64,000 nucleotides of DNA from the human T2T-CHM13v2.0 reference genome, Homo sapiens. The stretch is taken from NCBI RefSeq assembly GCF_009914755.1, contig NC_060938.1; one strand, given 5' to 3'. Under the pieces are notes generated by a model that had not been told where the DNA came from, ran no database searches, and saw only the letters and a program-made list of their open reading frames with translations. A program made the position numbers and the translations under genes. Of this stretch, positions 53,291-64,000 are shown one piece after another. Each line of letters begins with the position of its first letter. Positions within the stretch are counted from its first letter, which is position 1.

Positions 53291-56200
53291 TCCTGAAATC
53301 TATCCAAATATCCCCTCGCAGATTCTACAAAAAGAGTGTTTCAAAACTGCTCTGTAAAAAGAAAGGTTCAACTCTGTTAGTTGAGTACACACATCACAAA
53401 TAAGTTTCACACAATGCTTCTTTCTAGCTTGTAGGGGAAGATATTCCCTTTATCACCATGGGCCTCAAACCGTCTGAAACGTCCACTTCCATATACTACA
53501 AAAAGAGCATTTCAAACCTGCTCTATGAAAGGCAATGTTCAACTCTGTGACTTGAATGCAGACATCACAGAGCAGTTTCTGAGAATGCTTCTGTCTAGAT
53601 TTTATAGGAAGATATTCCCGTTTCCAACGAAATCTTCACAGCTATCCAAATATCCACTTGCAGATTCTACAAAAAGAGTGTATCAAAACTGCTCTGTCAA
53701 AAGGAAGGTTCTTCTCTGTTAGGTGAGTGCATACGTCATAAAGGAGTTTCTGAGAATGTTTCTGTCTAGTGGTTATGGGAAGATATTTGCTTTTTCCCCG
53801 TAGGCCTCAGGGCGCTCCAAATGTCCACTTGCACATGCTACAAAAAGAGTGCTTCAAAGCTGCTCTCTGAAAGGGAATGTTCAACTCTATGAGTTGAATG
53901 CAAACATCACAAAGACGTTTCTGAGAATGCTTCTGTCTAGATTTGATATGAAGATATTCCCGTTTCCAACGAAATCTTCAAATCTATCCAAATGTCCACT
54001 TGCAGATTCAACAAAAAGTGTTTTTCAGAACTGCTCTATCAAAAGAAAGATCCACCTCTGTTAGCTGAGTTCAGACATCACAAACAAGTTTATGAGAATG
54101 CTTCTGTCTAGTTTTTATTTGAAGATATTTCCTTTCTCACCATAGACCTGAAAGCTGTCCTAATGTTCACTTCCAGTTACTACAGAAAGAGTGTTTCAAA
54201 ACTGCTGTACGAAAGGGAATGTTCAACTCTGTGACTTGAATGCACACATCACAAAGAAGTTTCTGAGGATGCTGCTGTCTACTTTTTATACTTAATCCCG
54301 TTTCCAACGAAATCCTCCAAGCTATCCAAATATCCACTTGCAGATTCCACAGAAAGACTGTTTCAAAACTGCTCTGTCAATAGAAAGGTTCAACTCTGTT
54401 AGCTGCGTGCATATATCCCAAAGAAGATTCTGAGATTGCTTCTGTCTAGTTTTTATGGGAAGATATTTCCCTTTTCACCGTAGGCGTCCAGGCGCTCCAA
54501 ATGTCCACTTCCAGATACTACAAAAAGAGTGTTTCAAACCTACTCTGTGAAAGGGAATATTCAACTCTGTGACTTGAATGCACATATCACAAGGAAGTTT
54601 CTGAGAATGCTTCTGTCGAGATTTTATATGAAGATATTCCCGTTTCCAACGAAATCCTGAAATCTATCCAAATATCCCCTCGCAGATTCTACAAAAAGAG
54701 TGTTTCAAAACTGCTCTCTAAAAAGGAAGGTTCAACTCTGTTAGTTGAGTACACACATCACAAACAAGTTTCACAGAATGCTTCTTTCTAGCTTGTAGGG
54801 GAAGATATTCCCTTTATCACCATGGGCCTCCAACCGTCCGATAAGTCCACTTCCATATACTACAAAAAGAGCGTTTCAAACCTGCTCTATGAAAGGCAAT
54901 GTTCAACTCTGTGACTTGAATGCAGACATCACAGAGCAGTTTCTGAGAATGCTTCTGTCTAGATTTTATAGGAAGATATTCCCGTTTCCAACGAAATCTT
55001 CACAGCTATCCAAATATCCACTTGCAGATTCTACAAAAAGAGTGTATCAAAACTGCTCTGTCAAAAGGAAGGTTCTTCTCTGTTAGGTGAGTGCATACGT
55101 CATAAAGGAGTTTCTGAGAATGTTTCTGTCTAGTGGTTATGGGAAGATATTTGCTTTTTCACCGTAGGCCTCAGAGCGCTCCAAATATCCACTTGCACAT
55201 ACTACAAAAAGAGTGCTTCAAAGCTGGTCTCTGAAACGGAATGTTCAACTCTATGAGTTGAATGCAAACATCACAAAGACGTTTCTGAGAATGCTTCTGT
55301 CTAGATTTGATATGAAGATATTCCCGTTTCCAACGAAATCTTCAAATCTATCCAAATGTCCACTTGCAGATTCAACAAAAAGTGTTTTTCAGAACTGCTC
55401 TATCAAAAGAAAGATCCACCTCTGTTAGCTGAGTTCACACATCACAAACAAGTTTATGAGAATGCTTCTGTCTAGTTTTTATTTGAAGATATTTCCTTTC
55501 TCACCATAGAGCTGAAAGCTGTCCTAATGTTCACTTCCAGATACTACAGAAAGAGTGTTTCAAAACTGCTGTACGAAAGGGAATGTTCAACTCTGTGACT
55601 TGAATGCACACATCACAAAGAAGTTTCTGAGGATGCTGCTGTCTACTTTTTATACGTAATCCCGTTTCCAACGAAATCCTCCAAGCTATCCAAATATCCA
55701 CTTGCAGATTCCACAGAAAGGCTGTTTCAAAACTGCTCTGTCAATAGAAAGGTTCAACTCTGTTAGCTGCGTGCATATATCCCAAAGAAGATTCTGAGAT
55801 TGCTTCTGTCTAGTTTTTATGGGAAGATATTTCCCTTTTCACCGTAGGTGTCAAGGCGCTCCAAATGTCCACTTCCAGATACTACAAAAAGAGTGTTTCC
55901 AACCTACTCTGTGAAAGGGAATATTCAACTCTGTGACTTGAATGCACATATCACAAAGAAGTTTCTGAGAATGCTTCTGTCGAGATTTTATATGAAGATA
56001 TTCCCGTTTCCAACGAAATCCTGAAATGTATCCAAATATCCCCTCGCAGATTCTACAAAAAGAGTGTTTCAAAACTGCTCTGTAAAAAGAAAGGTTCAAC
56101 TCTGTTAGTTGAGTACACACATCACAAACAAGTTTCACAGAATGCTTCTTTCTAGCTTGTAGGGGAAGATATTCCCTTTATCACCATGGGCCTCCAACCG

Positions 56201-59200
56201 TCCGAAACATCCACTTCCATATACTACAAAAAGAGCGTTTCAAACCTGCTCTATGAAAGGCAATGTTCAACTCTGTGACTTGAATGCAGACATCACAGAG
56301 CAGTTTCTGAGAATGCTTCTGTCTAGATTTTATAGGAAGATATTCCCGTTTCCAACGAAATCTTCACAGCTATCCAAATATCCACTTGCAGATTCTACAA
56401 AAAGAGTGTATCAAAACTGCTCTGTCAAAAGGAAGGTTCTTCTCTGTTAGGTGAGTGCATACGTCATAAAGGAGTTTCTGAGAATGTTTCTGTCTAGTGG
56501 TTATGGGAAGATATTTGCTTTTTCCCCGTAGGCCTCAGGGCGCTCCAAATGTCCACTTGCACATGCTACAAAAAGAGTGCTTCAAAGCTGCTCTCTGAAA
56601 GGGAATGTTCAACTCTATGAGTTGAATGCAAACATCACAAAGACGTTTCTGAGAATGCTTCTGTCTAGATTTGATATGAAGATATTCCCGTTTCCAACGA
56701 AATCTTCAAATCTATCCAAATGTCCACTTGCAGATTCAACAAAAAGTGTTTTTCAGAACTGCTCTATCAAAAGAAAGATCCACCTCTGTTAGCTGAGTTC
56801 AGACATCACAAACAAGTTTATGAGAATGCTTCTGTCTAGTTTTTATTTGAAGATATTTCCTTTCTCACCATAGACCTGAAAGCTGTCCTAATGTTCACTT
56901 CCAGTTACTACAGAAAGAGTGTTTCAAAACTGCTGTACGAAAGGGAATGTTCAACTCTGTGACTTGAATGCACACATCACAAAGAAGTTTCTGAGGATGC
57001 TGCTGTCTACTTTTTATACGTAATCCCGTTTCCAACGAAATCCTTCAAGCTATCCAAATATCCACTTGCAGATTCCACAGAAAGACTGTTTCAAAACTGC
57101 TCTGTCAATAGAAAGGTTCAACTCTGTTAGCTGCGTGCATATATCCCAAAGAAGATTCTGAGATTGCTTCTGTCTAGTTTTTATGGGAAGATATTTCCCT
57201 TTTCACCGTAGGCGTCCAGGCGCTCCAAATGTCCACTTCCAGATACTACAAAAAGAGTGTTTCAAACCTACTCTGTGAAAGGGAATATTCAACTCTGTGA
57301 CTTGAATGCACATATCACAAGGAAGTTTCTGAGAATGCTTCTGTCGAGATTTTATATGAAGATATTCCCGTTTCCAACGAAATGCTGAAATGTATCCAAA
57401 TATCCCCTCGCAGATTCTACAAAAAGAGTGTTTCAAAACTGCTCTGTAAAAAGAAAGGTTCAACTCTGTTAGTTGAGTACACACATCACAAACTAGTTTC
57501 ACAGAATGCTTCTTTCCAGCTTGTAGGGGAAGATATTCCCTTTATCACCATGGGCCTCAAACCGTCCGAAAAGTCCACTTCCATATACTACAAAAAGAGC
57601 GTTTCAAACCTGCTCTATGAAAGGCAATGTTCAACTCTGTGACTTGAATGCAGACATCACAGAGCAGTTTCTGAGAATGCTTCTGTCTAGATTTTATAGG
57701 AAGATATTCCCGTTTCCAACGAAATCTTCACAGCTATCCAAATATCCACTTGCAGATTCTACAAAAAGAGTGTATCAAAACTGCTCTGTCAAAAGGAAGG
57801 TTCTTTTCTGTTAGGTGAGTGCATACGTCATAAAGGAGTTTCTGAGAATGTTTCTGTCTAGTGGTTATGGGAAGATATTTGCTTTTTCACCGTAGGCCTC
57901 AGAGCGCTCCAAATATCCACTTGCACATACTACAAAAAGAGTGCCTCAAAGCTGCTCTCTGTAACGGAATGTTCAACTCTATGAGTTGAATGCAAACATC
58001 ACAAAGACGTTTCTGAGAATGCTTCTGTCTAGATTTGATATGAAGATCTTCCCGTTTCCAACGAAATCTTCAAATCTATCCAAATGTCCACTTGCAGATT
58101 CAACAGAAAGTGTTTTTCAGAACTGCTCTATCAAAAGAAAGATCCACCTCTGTTAGCTGAGTTCAGACATCACAAACAAGTTTATGAGAATGCTTCTGTC
58201 TAGTTTTTATTTGAAGATATTTCCTTTCTCACCATAGACCTGAAAGCTGTCCTAATGTTCACTTCCAGTTACTACAGAAAGAGTGTTTCAAAACTGCTGT
58301 ACGAAAGGGAATGTTCAACTCTGTAACTTGAATGCACACATCACAAAGAAGTTTCTGAGGATGCTGCTGTCTACTTTTTATACTTAATCCCGTTTCCAAC
58401 GAAATCCTCCAAGCTATCCAAATATCCACTTGCAGATTCCACAGAAAGACTGTTTCAAAACTGCTCTGTCAATAGAAAGGTTCAACTCTGTTAGCTGCGT
58501 GCATATATCCCAAAGAAGATTCTGAGATTGCTTCTGTCTAGTTTTTATGGGAAGATATTTCCCTTTTCACCGTAGGCGTCAAGGCGCTCCAAATGTCCAC
58601 TTCCAGATACTACAAAAAGAGTGTTTCAAACCTACTCTGTGAAAGGGAATATTCAACTCTGTGACTTGAATGCACATATCACAAGGAAGTTTCTGAGAAT
58701 GCTTCTGTCGAGATTTTATATGAAGATATTCCCGTTTCCAACGAAATCCTGAAATCTATCCAAATATCCCCTCGCAGATTCTACAAAAAGAGTGTTTCAA
58801 AACTGCTCTGTAAAAAGAAAGGTTCAACTCTGTTAGTTGAGTACACACATCACAAACAAGTTTCACAGAATGCTTCTTTCTAGCTTGTAGGGGAAGATAT
58901 TCCCTTTATCACCATGGGCCTCAAACCGTCCGAAAAGTCCACTTCCATATACTACAAAAAGAGCGTTTCAAACCTGCTCTATGAAAGGCAATGTTCAACT
59001 CTGTGACTTGAATGCAGACATCACAGAGCAGTTTCTGAGAATGCTTCTGTCTAGATTTTATAGGAAGATATTCCCGTTTCCAACGAAATCTTCACAGCTA
59101 TCCAAATATCCACTTGCAGATTCTACAAAAAGAGTGTATCAAAACTGCTCTGTCAAAAGGAAGGTTCTTTTCTGTTAGGTGAGTGCATACGTCATAAAGG

Positions 59201-62200
59201 AGTTTCTGAGAATGTTTCTGTCTAGTGGTTATGGGAAGATATTTGCTTTTTCACCGTAGGCCTCAGAGCGCTCCAAATATCCACTTGCACATACTACAAA
59301 AAGAGTGCCTCAAAGCTGCTCTCTGAAACGGAATGTTCAACTCTATGAGTTGAATGCAAACATCGCAAAGACGTTTCTGAGAATGCTTCTGTCTAGATTT
59401 GATATGAAGATATTCCCGTTTCCAACGAAATCTTCAAATCTATCCAAATGTCCACTTGCAGATTCAACAAAAAGTGTTTTTCAGAACTGCTCTATCAAAA
59501 GAAAGATCCACCTCTGTTAGCTGAGTTCACACATCACAAACAAGTTTATGAGAATGCTTCTGTCTAGTTTTTATTTGAAGATATTTCCTTTCTCACCATA
59601 GAGCTGAAAGCTGTCCTAATGTTCACTTCCAGATACTACAGAAAGAGTGTTTCAAAACTGCTGTACGAAAGGGAATGTTCAACTCTGTGACTTGAATGCA
59701 CACATCACAAAGAAGTTTCTGAGGATGCTGCTGTCTACTTTTTATACGTAATCCCGTTTCCAACGAAATCCTCCAAGCTATCCAAATATCCACTTGCAGA
59801 TTCCACAGAAAGACTGTTTCAAAACTGCTCTGTCAATAGAAAGGTTCAACTCTGTTAGCTGCGTGCATATATCCCAAAGAAGATTCTGAGATTGCTTCTG
59901 TCTACTTTTTATGGGAAGATATTTCCCTTTTCACCGTAGGTGTCAAGGCGCTCCAAATGTCCACTTCCAGATACTACAAAAAGAGTGTTTCTAACCTACT
60001 CTGTGAAAGGGAATATTCAACTCTGTGACTTGAATGCACATATCACAAAGAAGTTTCTGAGAATGCTTCTGTCGAGATTTTATATGAAGATATTCCCGTT
60101 TCCAACGAAATCCTGAAATCTATCCAAATATCCCCTCGCAGATTCTACAAAAAGAGTGTTTCAAAACTGCTCTGTGAAAAGAAAGGTTCAACTCTGTTAG
60201 TTGAGTACACACATCACAAACAAGTTTCACAGAATGCTTCTTTCTAGCTTGTAGGGAAAGATATTCCCTTTATCACCATGGGCCTCCAACCGTCCGAAAC
60301 ATCCACTTCCATATACTACAAAAAGAGCGTTTCAAACCTGCTCTGTGAAAGGCAATGTTCAACTCTGTGACTTGAATGCAGACATCACAGAGCAGTTTCT
60401 GAGAATGCTTCTGTCTAGATTTTATAGGAAGATATTCCCGTTTCCAACGAAATCTTCACAGCTATCCAAATATCCACTTGCAGATTCTACAAAAAGAGTG
60501 TATCAAAACTGCTCTGTCAAAAGGAAGGTTCTTCTCTGTTAGGTGAGTGCATACGTCATAAAGGAGTTTCTGAGAATGTTTCTGTCTAGTGGTTATGGGA
60601 AGATATTTGCTTTTTCCCCGTAGGCCTCAGGGCGCTCCAAATGTCCACTTGCACATGCTACAAAAAGAGTGCTTCAAAGCTGCTCTCTGAAAGGGAATGT
60701 TCAACTCTATGAGTTGAATGCAAACATCACAAAGACGTTTCTGAGAATGCTTCTGTCTAGATTTGATATGAAGATATTCCCGTTTCCAACGAAATCTTCA
60801 AATCTATCCAAATGTCCACTTGCAGATTCAACAAAAAGTGTTTTTCAGAACTGCTCTATCAAAAGAAAGATCCACCTCTGTTAGCTGAGTTCAGACATCA
60901 CAAACAAGTTTATGAGAATGCTTCTGTCTAGTTTTTATTTGAAGATATTTCCTTTCTCACCATAGACCTGAAAGCTGTCCTAATGTTCACTTCCAGTTAC
61001 TACAGAAAGAGTGTTTCAAAACTGCTGTACGAAAGGGAATGTTCAACTCTGTGACTTGAATGCACACATCACAAAGAAGTTTCTGAGGATGCTGCTGTCT
61101 ACTTTTTATACGTAATCCCGTTTCCAACGAAATCCTCCAAGCTATCCAAATATCCACTTGCAGATTCCACAGAAAGACTGTTTCAAAACTGCTCTGTCAA
61201 TAGAAAGGTTCAACTCTGTTAGCTGCGTGCATATATCCCAAAGAAGATTCTGAGATTGCTTCTGTCTAGTTTTTATGGGAAGATATTTCCCTTTTCACCG
61301 TAGGTGTCAAGGCGCTCCAAATGTCCACTTCCAGATACTACAAAAAGAGTGTTTCAAACCTACTCTGTGAAAGGGAATATTCAACTCTGTGACTTGAATG
61401 CACATATCACAAAGAAGTTTCTGAGAATGCTTCTGTCGAGATTTTATATGAAGATATTCCCGTTTCCAACGAAATCCTGAAATCTATCCAAATATCCCCT
61501 CGCAGATTCTACAAAAAGAGTGTTTCAAAACTGCTCTTTAAAAAGAAAGGTTCAACTCTGTTAATTGAGTACACACATCACAAACAAGTTTCACAGAATG
61601 CTTCTTTCTAGCTTGTAGGGGAAGATATTCCCTTTATCACCATGGGCCTCCAACCGTCCGAAACATCCACTTCCATATACTACAAAAAGAGCGTTTCAAA
61701 CCTGCTCTATGAAAGGCAATGTTCAACTCTGTGACTTGAATGCAGACATCACAGAGCAGTTTCTGAGAATGCTTCTGTCTAGATTTTATAGGAAGATATT
61801 CCCGTTTCCAACGAAATCTTCACAGCTATCCAAATATCCACTTGCAGATTCTACAAAAAGAGTGTATCAAAACTGCTCTGTCAAAAGGAAGGTTCTTCTC
61901 TGTTAGGTGAGTGCATACGTCATAAAGGAGTTTCTGAGAATGTTTCTGTCTAGTGGTTATGGGAAGATATTTGCTTTTTCCCCGTAGGCCTCAGGGCGCT
62001 CCAAATGTCCACTTGCACATGCTACAAAAAGAGTGCTTCAAAGCTGCTCTCTGAAAGGGAATGTTCAACTCTATGAGTTGAATGCAAACATCACAAAGAC
62101 GTTTCTGAGAATGCTTCTGTCTAGATTTGATATGAAGATATTCCCGTTTCCAACGAAATCTTCAAATCTATCCAAATGTCCACTTGCAGATTCAACAAAA

Positions 62201-64000
62201 AGTGTTTTTCAGAACTGCTCTATCAAAAGAAAGATCCACCTCTGTTAGCTGAGTTCAGACATCACAAACAAGTTTATGAGAATGCTTCTGTCTAGTTTTT
62301 ATTTGAAGATATTTCCTTTCTCACCATAGACCTGAAAGCTGTCCTAATGTTCACTTCCAGTTACTACAGAAAGAGTGTTTCAAAACTGCTGTACGAAAGG
62401 GAATGTTCAACTCTGTGACTTGAATGCACACATCACAAAGAAGTTTCTGAGGATGCTGCTGTCTACTTTTTATACTTAATCCCGTTTCCAACGAAATCCT
62501 CCAAGCTATCCAAATATCCACTTGCAGATTCCACAGAAAGACTGTTTCAAAACTGCTCTGTCAATAGAAAGGTTCAACTCTGTTAGCTGCGTGCATATAT
62601 CCCAAAGAAGATTCTGAGATTGCTTCTGTCTAGTTTTTATGGGAAGATATTTCCCTTTTCACCGTAGGTGTCAAGGCGCTCCAAATGTCCACTTCCAGAT
62701 ACTACAAAAAGAGTGTTTCAAACCTACTCTGTGAAAGGGAATATTCAACTCTGTGACTTGAATGCACATATCACAAGGAAGTTTCTGAGAATGCTTCTGT
62801 CGAGATTTTATATGAAGATATTCCCGTTTCCAACGAAATCCTGAAATCTATCCAAATATCCCCTCGCAGATTCTACAAAAAGAGTGTTTCAAAACTGCTC
62901 TGTGAAAAGAAAGGTTCAACTCTGTTAGTTGAGTACACACATCACAAACAAGTTTCACAGAATGCTTCTTTCTAGCTTGTAGGGAAAGATATTCCCTTTA
63001 TCACCATGGGCCTCCAACCGTCCGAAACATCCACTTCCATATACTACAAAAAGAGCGTTTCAAACCTGCTCTGTGAAAGGCAATGTTCAACTCTGTGACT
63101 TGAATGCAGACATCACAGAGCAGTTTCTGAGAATGCTTCTGTCTAGATTTTATAGGAAGATATTCCCGTTTCCAACGAAATCTTCACAGCTATCCAAATA
63201 TCCACTTGCAGATTCTACAAAAAGAGTGTATCAAAACTGCTCTGTCAAAAGGAAGGTTCTTCTCTGTTAGGTGAGTGCATACGTCATAAAGGAGTTTCTG
63301 AGAATGTTTCTGTCTAGTGGTTATGGGAAGATATTTGCTTTTTCCCCGTAGGCCTCAGGGCGCTCCAAATGTCCACTTGCACATGCTACAAAAAGAGTGC
63401 TTCAAAGCTGCTCTCTGAAAGGGAATGTTCAACTCTATGAGTTGAATGCAAACATCACAAAGACGTTTCTGAGAATGCTTCTGTCTAGATTTGATATGAA
63501 GATATTCCCGTTTCCAACGAAATCTTCAAATCTATCCAAATGTCCACTTGCAGATTCAACAAAAAGTGTTTTTCAGAACTGCTCTATCAAAAGAAAGATC
63601 CACCTCTGTTAGCTGAGTTCAGACATCACAAACAAGTTTATGAGAATGCTTCTGTCTAGTTTTTATTTGAAGATATTTCCTTTCTCACCATAGACCTGAA
63701 AGCTGTCCTAATGTTCACTTCCAGTTACTACAGAAAGAGTGTTTCAAAACTGCTGTACGAAAGGGAATGTTCAACTCTGTGACTTGAATGCACACATCAC
63801 AAAGAAGTTTCTGAGGATGCTGCTGTCTACTTTTTATACGTAATCCCGTTTCCAACGAAATCCTCCAAGCTATCCAAATATCCACTTGCAGATTCCACAG
63901 AAAGACTGTTTCAAAACTGCTCTGTCAATAGAAAGGTTCAACTCTGTTAGCTGCGTGCATATATCCCAAAGAAGATTCTGAGATTGCTTCTGTCTAGTTT

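Larger units (their letters stand above)
1..64000 (-). repeat. Alpha-satellite higher-order repeat array (8-mer HOR, 1364/1360 bp, ~47 copies), SF2-type dimeric organisation; probably D14Z9/D22Z1 (S2C14/22H1L)
   Basis: Seen: ~171-bp monomers with hallmark alphoid words (TTTCTGAGAATGCTTCTGTCTAG, GTTCAACTCTGT, TCCACTTGCAGATT). The marker ORF recurs 47 times at spacings of exactly 1360 or 1364 bp. CENP-B boxes occur in alternate monomers. Established: an 8-mer ~1.36 kb HOR with A/B alternation fits SF2 arrays. Inference: chr14/22 identity is from sequence recall (about 0.7 confidence); chr18 and chr20 also have 8-mer SF2 units. Strand is given by the canonical CENP-B box orientation. Confidence 0.98.
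40873..64000. repeat. Right, more heterogeneous HOR sub-array (U31-U47)
   Basis: All complete units are 1364 bp. Many rare SNVs occur, visible as variant, lost or new ORFs in the track after 41.2 kb. Confidence 0.8.

Noticed and set aside
44939-57642. Longer 86-99-aa ORFs (44939-45226, 47655-47954, 55851-56138, 57203-57502, 57382-57642)
   Set aside because: They arise from single SNVs that remove a stop (AAATCTATC>AAATGTATC; TTTCTAGC>TTTCCAGC). They are typical translated-alphoid text, not genes.
377-63612. Recurrent 65-aa (MKGNVQLCDL...) and 71-aa (MLQSCSLKGN...) plus-strand ORFs
   Set aside because: These are chance open frames of alpha-satellite monomers that repeat once per HOR. The 71-aa one starts at GTG and is lost to a stop in U36 and U43. 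There is no gene context or recognisable domain. They were used only as variant markers.
126-63860. CRISPR-like pattern of a constant 17-21-bp motif at regular spacing
   Set aside because: The motif is the CENP-B box. The intervening ~320 bp are themselves repeated satellite rather than unique spacers, and there are no cas genes.
1-64000. Transposon insertion, inversion or monomer-number structural variant of the HOR
   Set aside because: Every unit spacing is exactly 1360 or 1364 bp and the orientation never changes, which leaves no room for any of these.
1-64000. A previously undescribed biological system or an encoded message in the variant order
   Set aside because: All the structure I could see is explained by known alpha-satellite HOR organisation and by duplication, deletion and conversion among units.
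1-64000. Firm assignment to chromosome 14 vs 22, or to the kinetochore (CDR) site
   Set aside because: The same HOR family is shared by both chromosomes, and CENP-A or methylation status cannot be read from sequence. Alignment to complete assemblies and epigenomic data are needed.

Overview
The whole 64 kb is uninterrupted primate (human-type) centromeric alpha-satellite DNA. It consists of about 47 head-to-tail copies of an 8-monomer higher-order repeat (HOR) of 1364 bp, or 1360 bp when a 4-bp deletion is present, all in one orientation. A CENP-B box (TTTCGTTGGAAACGGGA, minus strand) sits in every second ~171-bp monomer, alternating with pJalpha/A-box monomers. This is the dimeric layout of an active array, most consistent with the SF2 8-mer D14Z9/D22Z1 (chr14/22); that assignment is from recall and was not verified by search. 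I saw no genes, RNA genes, transposon insertions, inversions or monomer-number variants, and all listed ORFs are by-products of the repeat. I found no novel biological system. The informative signal is the variant pattern between HOR copies: two linked HOR haplotypes, a domain boundary near 40.9 kb, nested 2-, 4- and 6-8-HOR duplications, in-register HOR collapses, short conversion-like tracts and two copies of a broken CENP-B box. Units are numbered U1-U47, with unit start = start of the 65-aa ORF minus 376. Variant calls were read by eye.
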